From positions 1-64,000 of the IMG/VR virus record IMGVR_UViG_2902511754_000003: 64,000 nucleotides of DNA; one strand, 5' to 3'. Of this stretch, positions 29,603-38,311 are shown one piece after another. Under the pieces are notes generated by a model that saw nothing but the letters and a program-made list of their open reading frames with translations, did not search any database and was not told the DNA's origin. Numbering within the stretch: the first letter of the stretch is position 1; every line of letters starts with the position of its first letter. The DNA is from a virus (taxonomy: Duplodnaviria; Caudoviricetes). Both the position numbers and the translations under genes were made by a program.

Positions 29603-30430
29603 TTAGAAGAAACGTCCGTCTGCTTCGGCTTTTTCGCCCGCCACGAGAGGGCGTTCGGTATAGTCAGCGGATGGTGTTTGTTCAAGTTGGGTAAACTTGC
29701 TTTGAATCGCTTTTTGGGTTTCTTGCATTGTGGCAAATTCCGCTTTTTGTTTTTCAAAATCGGCAGAAAGTGCGGTCAATTTTTCCAAGTTTTCTTTGGT
29801 TTGCTCGGCAAGCAATTCGATGGATTGTTCATGCACGGCAAAACGTTCATCATCGGATTTTTCTTTTTTAGCGAATAATCCTTTGATTTTTTCAAGAATA
29901 GACGGGGATTTTTCCGCTTCTTCCACAAACTCTAATTCGGTTTCAACAGCCGCGGTGAAAAGGTTGTCATCTTTTTCTTTGCGGTTATTGAGTGGGTTGG
30001 CTGTTGCACCGGCAGAGAATTTCAACATTTCGGTGCCGAGGCTTGCCGGATTATCGGTGACGGCAAGACCGACTAAATAAGCCTCGCCGGTGTCGGCAAA
30101 ATTCGGATCACATTCAATGGACGTGTAGATTTTTTGGCGGTCTTTATTGAGTTTGATTAAATCTTCTGTGGGGTCGATTTGAGCCAATAACTGTAATTTA
30201 CCTTCTTTGTTTTCTTCGGTTTTTAATCCAATGACATCACCATAGCATTTGGAATGCGGATCATCTTTCCACATATAACGGAATTTAAGATGTTCAAGAT
30301 TGATACGTGCGCCATATTTTTTAGGGTCGTAATTTGCCGCCATTTGTTCAATCCAACTGCGATTGATCATGCGACCGTCTGTTGTTGCCCCTTCTGTTGC
30401 AACAACAAACCATTTAGAAAGTTTTGCCAT
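29603..30430 (-). CDS. O: Capsid scaffold O
   Basis: VATEGATTDGR, YLVGLAVTDNPASLGTE. Confidence 0.95.
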   Translation of the reverse strand: MAKLSKWFVVATEGATTDGRMINRSWIEQMAANYDPKKYGARINLEHLKFRYMWKDDPHSKCYGDVIGLKTEENKEGKLQLLAQIDPTEDLIKLNKDRQKIYTSIECDPNFADTGEAYLVGLAVTDNPASLGTEMLKFSAGATANPLNNRKEKDDNLFTAAVETELEFVEEAEKSPSILEKIKGLFAKKEKSDDERFAVHEQSIELLAEQTKENLEKLTALSADFEKQKAEFATMQETQKAIQSKFTQLEQTPSADYTERPLVAGEKAEADGRFF

Positions 30431-30468
30431 CGGCTTATCCTTAGTGAATGAGTTCAATAATTGCGCCC

Positions 30469-30567
30469 ATTCTGAAAGACTTTTCACACCTGTGCGAGTG
30501 TTTGCCATTGTTGCTTTTGGTTTCACAAAACGCCCTGAAAGACGACCGCCCTTATACTTTCTACTAT
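30469..30567. promoter_or_regulatory. Divergent late promoters PO/PP sharing one TGT-N13-ACA site
   Basis: Site 30509-30527; -10 boxes CAGAAT (minus, 30469-30474) and TACTAT (plus, 30562-30567) placed symmetrically. Confidence 0.75.
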
Positions 30568-30595
30568 GCCGTTATTAAAATTTAAGAGATAACGC

Positions 30596-32374
30596 ATGAC
30601 AGAACCTATCAACAATACACCTCAACCGGAAACCACGGCAGACACAAAACGCCAAGCACAAGTGATGTATTTTAGCGGATATAAAATTGCAGAAATATCA
30701 CGTCAGTTAAATATTCCGACATCGACGATTTCCAGTTGGAAAGAGCGTGAAAAATGGGATGATTTCGCCCCTGTCGGGCGTGTTGAATTGACCCTAGAAA
30801 GTCGTTTGAATTTGCTCATTCTGAAAGAAAATAAGAGTGGGGCGGATTATAAAGAAATTGATTTACTCGGCCGCCAAATGGAACGCATGGCGCGTGTGAA
30901 AAAATATTCCTTTGGGGAAGGCAATGAAGTGGATTTAAACCCGAAACTTGCCAATCGTAACAAAGGCGAACGCAAGAAAACCGAGCCAAATGCGATCAGT
31001 CCGGAACAGGAAGAATTGTTGATTAATGGTTTTCTTGAGGGAATGTTTAACTATCAACGAGTGTGGCACAAGGCAAAAGAACATCGAATCCGCAATATTT
31101 TGAAAAGTCGTCAGATTGGGGCGACTTATTATTTTGCTCATGAAGCATTCGTTGATGCGCTGACAACGGGCCATAATCAAATCTTTCTTTCCGCCAGTAA
31201 AAAACAGGCGTTGCAGTTCCGTTCTTATATTGTCAATTATGCCAAGCAGACGGCAGACGTGGATTTAAAAGGGGAAACCATCAAACTGCCGAATGGGGCA
31301 GAATTGATTTTTTTGGGGACAAACTCCGCCACCGCCCAATCCTATCACGGCAATTTGTATTTTGATGAAGTGTTTTGGGTGCCGAAATTTGATGTGATGC
31401 GTAAAGTGGCATCGGGTATGGCGGCGCAAAAGATGTATCGTCAAACTTACTTTTCTACGCCCACTACCATTGCACACCCCGCTTATGCGTTCTTTTCCGG
31501 TAAAGCCTTTAATCGCAACCGTGCGAAATCAGAAAAAGTGGAAATTGATATTTCTCACGAAAATTTAAAAAGTGGGAAATTGTGCGCTGATCGCCAATGG
31601 AAACAGATTGTGAGCATTTACGATGCGATGGAAGGCGGGTGCAATCTGTTCAATATTGATGATTTGATTGCAGAAAATAGCAAAGAAGAGTTTGAGCAGT
31701 TGTTTTTGTGTCAATTTGCCGATGATGATAGTTCCGCCTTCAAGTTTGCCGATTTACAACTATGCCAAGTGGATAGCTGGGAAGAGTGGACGGATTATAA
31801 ACCCGAATGGAAACGGCCCTTTGGCAATCGTGAGGTGTGGCTTGGTTATGACCCCGCATTCACCGGCGACCGCGCGGCACTCGCTATTGTTGCCCCGCCT
31901 AAAGTGGAAGGGGGCGACTATCGTGTGTTGCATTGGCAAACCTTTCACGGTATGGATTATGAAGCGCAAGCAAATCGAATCAAACAATTTTGTGATGATT
32001 ATAACGTCACCCGTATTGTGATTGATAAAACGGGAATGGGGTCGGGCGTGTATCAAGAAGTGAGAAAATTTTACCCGATGGCGCAAGGGTTAGATTATAA
32101 CGCTGATTTAAAAAATGAAATGGTGCTGAAAACGCAAAATCTCATTCAGAAACGTCGTTTGAAATTCGACGGCAAAGAAATTATTACCAGTTTTATGACA
32201 GTGAAAAAACGTACCACCGGCACGGGCAGAATCACTTACGTTTCCGACCGGTCGGAAGAAGCCAGCCACGGCGATTTATCGTGGGCGATTATGAATTGCA
32301 TTTTGAATGTGCCTTATGGCTTGGGCGGTGATGTGGCAAACCAAGCGCAAACAACAATCTTTACTTTTGAATAG
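30596..32374 (+). CDS. P: Terminase ATPase subunit P
   Basis: LKSRQIGAT Walker A, YFDE Walker B, GYDP, HGDLSWA. Confidence 0.96.
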   Translation: MTEPINNTPQPETTADTKRQAQVMYFSGYKIAEISRQLNIPTSTISSWKEREKWDDFAPVGRVELTLESRLNLLILKENKSGADYKEIDLLGRQMERMARVKKYSFGEGNEVDLNPKLANRNKGERKKTEPNAISPEQEELLINGFLEGMFNYQRVWHKAKEHRIRNILKSRQIGATYYFAHEAFVDALTTGHNQIFLSASKKQALQFRSYIVNYAKQTADVDLKGETIKLPNGAELIFLGTNSATAQSYHGNLYFDEVFWVPKFDVMRKVASGMAAQKMYRQTYFSTPTTIAHPAYAFFSGKAFNRNRAKSEKVEIDISHENLKSGKLCADRQWKQIVSIYDAMEGGCNLFNIDDLIAENSKEEFEQLFLCQFADDDSSAFKFADLQLCQVDSWEEWTDYKPEWKRPFGNREVWLGYDPAFTGDRAALAIVAPPKVEGGDYRVLHWQTFHGMDYEAQANRIKQFCDDYNVTRIVIDKTGMGSGVYQEVRKFYPMAQGLDYNADLKNEMVLKTQNLIQKRRLKFDGKEIITSFMTVKKRTTGTGRITYVSDRSEEASHGDLSWAIMNCILNVPYGLGGDVANQAQTTIFTFE

Positions 32375-32382
32375 GATTTAAC

Positions 32383-33393
32383 ATGAAAAAATCACGTAAA
32401 AAAATGACCGCACTTTCTTCACAATCGAACGTAGAAGCCTTTAGTTTTGGTGAGCCGATTCCTGTGCTTGACCGTGCGGAAATCCTCAATTATTTCGAAC
32501 CGGTGTTGATGTATCAAAAATATTACAATCCACCGATTAATTTGAGTTATCTCGCCAAGGCTATTAATGCTTCGTCCCATCACCAAAGTGCAATCACCGT
32601 GAAGAAAAACATTTTGCTTTCTACTTGCAAAACGACCGCACTTTTGCCACGCACGCAACTTGAAAAATTGGTGCAGGATTATTTAGTTTTTGGGAATGCC
32701 TACGTTGAAATTAAACGTAATTCTTTTGGTGAGGTGATCGCATTAAATGCACCACTGGCAAAATATATGAGGGTGGGTGTAGAGCAGGGTGTATTTTATC
32801 AAGTAGTAAACGGCTTTGATGAACACAAGTTTGCAAAAGGTTCGGTTTTCAATTTGGTTAATCCTGATGTGAATCAAGAAATTTATGGCGTGCCGGAATA
32901 TTTGGCGGCATTACAATCCGCCTTTTTAAATGAGAGTGCGACATTATTCCGCCGTAAATATTATCTCAACGGCGCACACGCAGGGGCGATTATTTATATG
33001 ACCGACCCAACACAGAACAAAGACAGTGTTGAGGCAATCAAAGAACAAATCCGACAAACCAAGGGAACGGGGAATTTTAAAAATTTATTTATCAATATTC
33101 CAGACGGAAAAAAAGATGGCATACAGGTCATTCCGCTTTCCGATGCGGTGGCAAAAGATGAATTTCTTAATATCAAAAACACGAGCCGTGATGATGTGTT
33201 AGCTGCGCACCGTGTGCCGCCGCAACTGATGGGGATTATTCCGAATAATACCGGCGGTTTTGGTGATGTTGAAAAGGCGACTAAGGTATTCTTCGTCAAT
33301 GAGATTATTCCGCTACAAGAGCGGTTAAAAGAAATTAATGCGATTGTAGGAAAAGAAGTCATCACTTTCAGCGAATACAAACTGTTTGAATAA
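32383..33393 (+). CDS. Q: Portal protein Q (PBSX family)
   Basis: FSFGEP, QEIYGVPEY, AHRVPPQLMG. Confidence 0.96.
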   Translation: MKKSRKKMTALSSQSNVEAFSFGEPIPVLDRAEILNYFEPVLMYQKYYNPPINLSYLAKAINASSHHQSAITVKKNILLSTCKTTALLPRTQLEKLVQDYLVFGNAYVEIKRNSFGEVIALNAPLAKYMRVGVEQGVFYQVVNGFDEHKFAKGSVFNLVNPDVNQEIYGVPEYLAALQSAFLNESATLFRRKYYLNGAHAGAIIYMTDPTQNKDSVEAIKEQIRQTKGTGNFKNLFINIPDGKKDGIQVIPLSDAVAKDEFLNIKNTSRDDVLAAHRVPPQLMGIIPNNTGGFGDVEKATKVFFVNEIIPLQERLKEINAIVGKEVITFSEYKLFE

Positions 33394-33417
33394 AAACAGA
33401 TCCTTTTAAAATAAAAA

Positions 33418-33442
33418 TGCCCGTGCTTACCACGGGTTTTTT
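33418..33442 (+). terminator. Intrinsic terminator after Q
   Basis: CCCGTG/CACGGG stem + T run. Confidence 0.8.
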
Positions 33443-33581
33443 ATTGCCAGAACAAAGCTGTTTTTTTCTCTGATTTATTTAATTCCGCCCCTGTTTATTA
33501 TATCAAACTACCCCATAACACAAAGGCGAAAACCTTATTTTTCCCCTGATTTTTAACCACTTTCACGCACGAAAAATCGCA

Positions 33582-33600
33582 AGCAAACCTTCGCCACGCC
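33582..33600 (-). other. cos: Putative cos site
   Basis: Minus strand GGCGTGGCGAAGGTTTGCT resembles recalled P2/186 cohesive ends (GGCG(A/T)GGCG...), located downstream of Q. Confidence 0.6.
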
Positions 33601-33828
33601 CGCACACTAAATGTGTGGATTTCAACGCAAATTGCGATCCTTATTAAAGCCTTTTCAGATATAGTGCCTTTTAGATCCTTTTATTTAGATCTTTCAACGC
33701 AAACCAACGCAGAAAAACGCAGTTTTTTAGATCCTTTACTAAGGAATTAGATCATTTTAAAATTTTGGGTGCAATTTAGCGTGATTTTCTACATGTTAAG
33801 GTTTTGTTTTTATTGAAAACGGAAAAAT

Positions 33829-33842
33829 GACCCTAGGCACCA
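33829..33842 (+). other. att-like core resembling a tRNA 3' end (GACCCTAGGCACCA)
   Basis: CCTAGGC-A-CCA acceptor-stem pattern at the prophage junction, 33 bp from the int2 stop. Confidence 0.6.
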
Positions 33843-33874
33843 AATTTAAAAAAAAGTCGTAAGTTATTGATAAA

Positions 33875-34966
33875 TCAATGGTTTACGGCTTTTTTATTTG
33901 TGCTTTTTTCGTTTATTTCGTCATTTTCTGCGGTGATTTTTGAAGTGTCGATCGCAGAGTTTGACGTAAATTTGACGTGGTTTGCGTATCTCAACAAATG
34001 GTCAGCGTTGAGATGTGCATAACGTTTTACCATTTCCAAGGTTTCCCAACCCCCCAAATCTTTTAGCACCATCAATGGGGTGCCATTTTGAACATGCCAG
34101 CTCGCCCAGGTGTGACGCAAATCATGGAAACGGAAATTCTCAATTTTGCACCGTTTGAGTGCGCGTTTGAAATCGTAGGCATCAATTTCGCTGATTCGTT
34201 TTCCTTTTCCACGGTGAAAGACATAAGGTGAAATACGCTCAAATGTTCGCCTTTTCAAAATAGCCATTGCTTCGCCGCCTAATAACAAAGATCTTGCTTT
34301 GCCTGATTTGGCAATATCGCTTGTTACAATGGCTACTTGTCTTTCTATGTCAATTTTATCCCATGTTAATGTGAGGATCTCACTCGCTCTTGCGCCGGTG
34401 GCGAGAGCAAATGCGCAGACATCTTTCATCCATTCCAGTTGTAATGCATTGATTAAGCTTTGCGCTTTTGTTTGGCTTATCCATCGTACTCTTATTTTAG
34501 GTTCTCTGTTGCGTGGAATGTGCGGTATGCTATCAATCCAACCTGCTTTTTGTGCAAGGGATAGTACACGCATAATAGAGGAGCGGTAACGATTTTGGGT
34601 GGAAGGAGAAATTGGCTCTTTTGTGCCTGTTTTGTGAGTGGGGAGGGCGTTTAGAATATCATCGGTTGTTAAAGAGCTAAGTAGCCGTCCTGATAATGCC
34701 TCACGCCAATATTCCACATGGCGGATTTTAGTGGTGAAATCCTTTTGCCCTTGTGAAATCTCGAGGAAACGAATTAACGCCTCTTCGATTGTTCTTTCCG
34801 GCTTTTTGTTGAGTTTTTCAACTTGCCAAAGTTCGTGTTTTAACTTGTCGTGATATTCTTGCGCGAGCCTTTTTTCAGTTGTTTTAGCAGAGCATCTAAT
34901 TCTTTCTCCGCTCGGTGTGGCAATATCGATTTGCCATATCCCGTTTTTTGATTTTCTGATCGACAT
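33875..34966 (-). CDS. int: Tyrosine integrase of prophage 2
   Basis: TGARASEI, AKSG, HDLRHTWASW, GW, RYAH; start MSIRK with GGAG RBS. Confidence 0.95.
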   Translation of the reverse strand: MSIRKSKNGIWQIDIATPSGERIRCSAKTTEKRLAQEYHDKLKHELWQVEKLNKKPERTIEEALIRFLEISQGQKDFTTKIRHVEYWREALSGRLLSSLTTDDILNALPTHKTGTKEPISPSTQNRYRSSIMRVLSLAQKAGWIDSIPHIPRNREPKIRVRWISQTKAQSLINALQLEWMKDVCAFALATGARASEILTLTWDKIDIERQVAIVTSDIAKSGKARSLLLGGEAMAILKRRTFERISPYVFHRGKGKRISEIDAYDFKRALKRCKIENFRFHDLRHTWASWHVQNGTPLMVLKDLGGWETLEMVKRYAHLNADHLLRYANHVKFTSNSAIDTSKITAENDEINEKSTNKKAVNH

Positions 34967-35172
34967 TTTCTTTTCTCCGAATCGCCGACCTGTATATCTC
35001 GGCATAAATTATTCTTCTTTTTCTTACTTTGTTCAAGAACTGATTTTTCTACAAGCCAAATCTTTGAAGATTTCATTTGAAAAAATCCCCATTCTTTTTT
35101 ACGGGCAAAAACAGTAGAGTAGCTTAAATTCAGTAGTTTTGCCGCTTGCTTGACTGTTAATGTCTGCTCCAT
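34840..35172 (-). CDS. Excisionase-like HTH overlapping int 5' end
   Basis: LTVKQAAKLLNLSYSTV. Confidence 0.7.
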   Translation of the reverse strand: MEQTLTVKQAAKLLNLSYSTVFARKKEWGFFQMKSSKIWLVEKSVLEQSKKKKNNLCRDIQVGDSEKRKCRSENQKTGYGKSILPHRAEKELDALLKQLKKGSRKNITTS

Positions 35173-35359
35173 ATTTTCTCCACTACTTCAAAATATCCGG
35201 CACCTCAACAACTTTTAGCTGTTCAGGTGTCTTGTCTTTGTACTTAAGATAATAGTTGACGATCTCGGTCGCTTGCTCTTCCGTTACAGTTCTATGAGTT
35301 TCTTGGACCACCGTCCAAATATGTCTATATTGGCATTCAAGCACGACGTATCGTGTTAA

Positions 35360-35548
35360 TTATTTGGGCTGTTCCGGCAAAGGTTGCCAGTATGTTACGT
35401 TTGCATAAGAGTTACTTGGAAAGGTGAACCACTTATCATTAACTCTTTCTGCAACAAAAATACATAAATGATTGCAGCATAAAACTTGTTGAAAATTATC
35501 CGGCAATCTATCCTCAACACTGATCCAGCCGTTATTGTTTTCACTCAT
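35360..35548 (-). CDS. DUF551-like protein
   Basis: GWISVEDRLP...VTYWQPLPEQP. Confidence 0.85.
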   Translation of the reverse strand: MSENNNGWISVEDRLPDNFQQVLCCNHLCIFVAERVNDKWFTFPSNSYANVTYWQPLPEQPK

Positions 35549-35590
35549 TTTTTAAGTCCTCTTTGTTTGTTAATTTCATTATTTGTTTTC

Positions 35591-35719
35591 CTAAAAAGCC
35601 TGTTCAATTCTATGTATAGGTGCCATTTTTCCGTCATAATCATTACCAAGTTCTAAGTGCCACGCCAAGCTGATAAATACCAACGCTATCAGTGTAATTT
35701 TTACCTTTCTAATGCTCAT
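35591..35719 (-). CDS. 42-aa membrane peptide with DYDGK motif (not in ORF track)
   Basis: MSIRKVKITLIALVFISLAWHLELGNDYDGKMAPIHRIEQAF; AAGGA RBS; paralog at 39679-39789. Confidence 0.75.
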   Translation of the reverse strand: MSIRKVKITLIALVFISLAWHLELGNDYDGKMAPIHRIEQAF

Positions 35720-35744
35720 TTTCTGTTCCTTTTGCTGAATCTAA

Positions 35745-36136
35745 GGTGCAAGAAACCGCCACACGATTTTCACGGGGAAAAGTGCGGTCGGTTTTGATTA
35801 AGTTTTAGATTACTTGGTAGTTATTGGACTTTGGGTTGTAATTGTTGAGATGTTTTAGCACTCGCCAATTACTCTCATAGTCATATTGGAAATCAGCCGT
35901 GAGGCGTTTCAGGAGTTGATGAACTTCCCGAATAGTGTGCTTATATTCGTAGGCTTGTCCGTAGATTGCACCGGAATATTTTGAACCGATAGTTTCCATT
36001 GCCGGATAAATCATTCGGCAAGTTTCTGTGCCTCGTAAGGCGATAAACCATATCCACGGCAGTAGTTGAAGTTCGTACTCGGTAAATTCAAAAGTGAATT
36101 TCTTTTCGGGTTCGGGTAAGGCGAGCTGTTTTGGCT
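35745..36136. repeat. ~390-bp near-identical repeat with 39815-40206; its first 52 bp also identical at 44929-44980
   Basis: Direct comparison, constant offset 4070. Confidence 0.95.
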
Positions 36137-36476
36137 CAAGTTGATATTTTCCTGTTTTGCGGATTTGGGGTAGCACTTCTTCAAATACCCACGCTTCAAA
36201 AGGTTCAGCTTCGGGCTTTCTGCTTTTGATGATCAAGCGGTATAAATTTGGTTCGTTGATGTAAACTAATTCCTGATTTCCCTTTTCTGTAAGGGTGTAA
36301 CGTTTCGTTACACCCTTTGCTTTGCAATGATCTTGCAATGCTTTACGTGAATTTGTGTAGCCTAAAATATCGCAAACGTCCGCTCCACAGAACCAATGTT
36401 CTTGATTTGGATCTGTGATAACACGAACTGCATTTGAATTAAAATTGAAAGATTGGAATTGAATTTGATTTGACAT
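35805..36476 (-). CDS. Antirepressor-like: Bro-N + P22_AR_C-like domain
   Basis: VRVIT...WFCGADVCDILGY...INEPNLYRLI Bro-N; shared C-terminus. Confidence 0.88.
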   Translation of the reverse strand: MSNQIQFQSFNFNSNAVRVITDPNQEHWFCGADVCDILGYTNSRKALQDHCKAKGVTKRYTLTEKGNQELVYINEPNLYRLIIKSRKPEAEPFEAWVFEEVLPQIRKTGKYQLEPKQLALPEPEKKFTFEFTEYELQLLPWIWFIALRGTETCRMIYPAMETIGSKYSGAIYGQAYEYKHTIREVHQLLKRLTADFQYDYESNWRVLKHLNNYNPKSNNYQVI

Positions 36477-36724
36477 AATGTAATCCTATTACTATTTGTT
36501 GAAACAAGCCATTTTTCAGAATGGCGGTCAGGAGGCTGAAAAACCCCGTAATAGGAAAGGGCTGGACGTATTCCCCGAAGGTATTGTATTAGTCGCCCTC
36601 CCGACCATAGTCAGGATTACGGATATAAAAAAATCGCCTTGTGGCGATTAGTGAACTATCCGCCTATTACATTAAGGTTTTCAGACCTTAGGCGGATAGT
36701 AAAACAAAACCCCGTGGATTGCAA
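36477..36724 (-). ncRNA. C4/CI-like antisense RNA control region, copy 1 (sRNA ~36627-36693)
   Basis: TTGCAA-17-TACTAT promoter, hairpins, U run, downstream complementary targets. Confidence 0.75.
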
Positions 36725-36740
36725 CGGGGTTTTTGAAAAT

Positions 36741-37145
36741 TTATTCATCTTCGTTTCGTCTTTGTTGTTCCAGTGTGGTTATTTTACCACGTCCGAAACC
36801 TGCGATATAACCAGCTAATAATGCACCACCAATTTTAAGCACCTCTAGAGCAAAAGCAGTATTATCTGTAAACATTGATACAAAAATAACGGCAACAACC
36901 GCAACAATAACAATACCGATAATAATATTGCGTTGTGTGTGCATTTTGGAAACTGCTTTTATTTGTTCGTTCCTGTCGCCTTTTTGTGCGTCAATGCTTG
37001 CCAGTGCAATCTTTTCATTGGATTTTATACGCTCTTGTTCAACTGCTAATTCTTTTTCTTTCACGGCTTGATTAGCTTGTTGTACTTTGACTAAATCTCG
37101 CATTGTGGCGAGAAGTTGAACGTCTGTTTGTGGCTTTGGATTCAT
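36741..37145 (-). CDS. Coiled-coil + two-TM membrane protein
   Basis: Sequence composition; coupled to 64-aa upstream ORF. Confidence 0.75.
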   Translation of the reverse strand: MNPKPQTDVQLLATMRDLVKVQQANQAVKEKELAVEQERIKSNEKIALASIDAQKGDRNEQIKAVSKMHTQRNIIIGIVIVAVVAVIFVSMFTDNTAFALEVLKIGGALLAGYIAGFGRGKITTLEQQRRNEDE

Positions 37146-37146
37146 A

Positions 37147-37341
37147 CTATCTCAACGGGCAAAGTTGTGGTGTTTTGTAAGTGATCTGGAATGAACCGTA
37201 ACCACTTGAACCGATTGTAGGTGGTACAAAAGTAACAGATTGGATATTGTTATTTACACTCGCTTTTTTCGCTTCATTCAAGTACTGCTTGGCTGAAACA
37301 TTGCGAGTTTTTCTAGGAACAAGCAATTTTGTTTTAGTCAT
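37147..37341 (-). CDS. Hypothetical 64-aa protein
   Basis: MTKTKLLVPRK start with AAAGG RBS. Confidence 0.6.
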   Translation of the reverse strand: MTKTKLLVPRKTRNVSAKQYLNEAKKASVNNNIQSVTFVPPTIGSSGYGSFQITYKTPQLCPLR

Positions 37342-37391
37342 AATAAATACCTTTGGTTGTGCGAAAATCCCTTGTGAAATAGGGTTTCTAT

Positions 37392-37470
37392 GAAAAGAGC
37401 CACTTAATGCGACTTGCTGACATTCTGTTGAAAGTGGGTTTAGTTTAGTCTGAATTGGGGGCGGTGTCAA
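37392..37470 (-). ncRNA. Promoter + ~50-nt two-hairpin leader/sRNA, copy A
   Basis: TTGACA-17-TAAACT; homologous to 41636-41716. Confidence 0.6.
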
Positions 37471-37519
37471 ATTTTTCAAAAGCAAAACCACTTATTAAAA
37501 TGTGAGATATGCCTCAAAA

Positions 37520-37756
37520 TTAAAATGATTTTGTTGAAGATGAAAATCGCTGTGCTATTCTTTTGATCGCCTTTGCTAACCACGAGGTATCTTTTACTGG
37601 AATGTGAATTGATTGCGTAATTTCGCCTTCGTAGGTTGCTTGGGAAACTGCCTTTATTTTTTCTTTGGCTTGCTTTGGCGTATCGGCAAAGATATTGATA
37701 ACCCAAGTTTGACCCTCAAAATGATAAGTAAAGGTATATTCTTTCATTTGGTGCAT
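37520..37756 (-). CDS. Hypothetical phage protein
   Basis: ORF co-oriented with left arm. Confidence 0.65.
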   Translation of the reverse strand: MHQMKEYTFTYHFEGQTWVINIFADTPKQAKEKIKAVSQATYEGEITQSIHIPVKDTSWLAKAIKRIAQRFSSSTKSF

Positions 37757-37767
37757 AAGGAGCTCCT

Positions 37768-37950
37768 ATGTATTTTGAAATTTATAAAGATGCGAAAGGT
37801 GAATTTCGCTGGAGATTGAAAGCAGGTAATCACCAATCTATAGCGACAAGTGGTGAAGGCTATACAACAAAGCAAAGTTGCCAACACGCCATTGGCGTTA
37901 TTAAAACTGTAAATGAACAAACAGAAGTTAAAGACTTGACTGTTGCTTAA
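37768..37950 (+). CDS. YegP/DUF1508-family protein
   Basis: YFEIYKDAKGEFRWRLKAGNHQSIATSGEGY; AAGGAG RBS; terminator 37956-37978. Confidence 0.88.
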   Translation: MYFEIYKDAKGEFRWRLKAGNHQSIATSGEGYTTKQSCQHAIGVIKTVNEQTEVKDLTVA

Positions 37951-38041
37951 AATTTAGCCCTGTAATAACAGGGCTTTTATAAAATGAAACTGTGCATAAG
38001 AGCGGTTAGGTTAATTGCGGTTTGTATCAACAACCGGCAAC

Positions 38042-38311
38042 TCAACAAACGCATTGAGCGGTTGTGGTGTTGTTTGTCTTTTCGTCAATCCAAGCCAATA
38101 AGTCTTTAAACTCATCGTAGTAACGGGCTTGCTTAGTTGCTTCTTTAACAACAAAGTCACGCATTTCGCTATCTGAAAGTAGCCAGTATTTTTTAACCTG
38201 TTCAATCGCTCTTAATCGGTTAGGTCTTCTAAGATTAAAATTGTCGTGTATGTACTTACAAAACAATTCAGAGAAAAACGAATAAGCTATACTGATATGC
38301 ATTTCGTTCAT
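38042..38311 (-). CDS. Hypothetical phage protein
   Basis: Coupled to 38311-38967. Confidence 0.55.
   Translation of the reverse strand: MNEMHISIAYSFFSELFCKYIHDNFNLRRPNRLRAIEQVKKYWLLSDSEMRDFVVKEATKQARYYDEFKDLLAWIDEKTNNTTTAQCVC

Larger units (their letters stand above)
1..33842. mobile_element. P2/HP1-like temperate myovirus prophage, apparently complete
   Basis: int, A replicase + ori, cro/cI, D-U-E-FII-FI, H-I-J-W-V, T, S-R, lysis, X-L-M-N-O, P-Q, cos-like site, att-like core at 33831-33842; left att lies before the window start. Confidence 0.93.

Noticed and set aside
33400-33870. Intact tRNA gene at the junction
   Set aside because: Only a 12-14-nt 3'-end-like match; no D, anticodon or T arms upstream.
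35183-35359. 58-codon open frame (LTRYVVLECQ...) in frame right after the DUF551 stop
   Set aside because: No ATG; could be a GTG start, a decayed gene or readthrough, and I cannot tell which.
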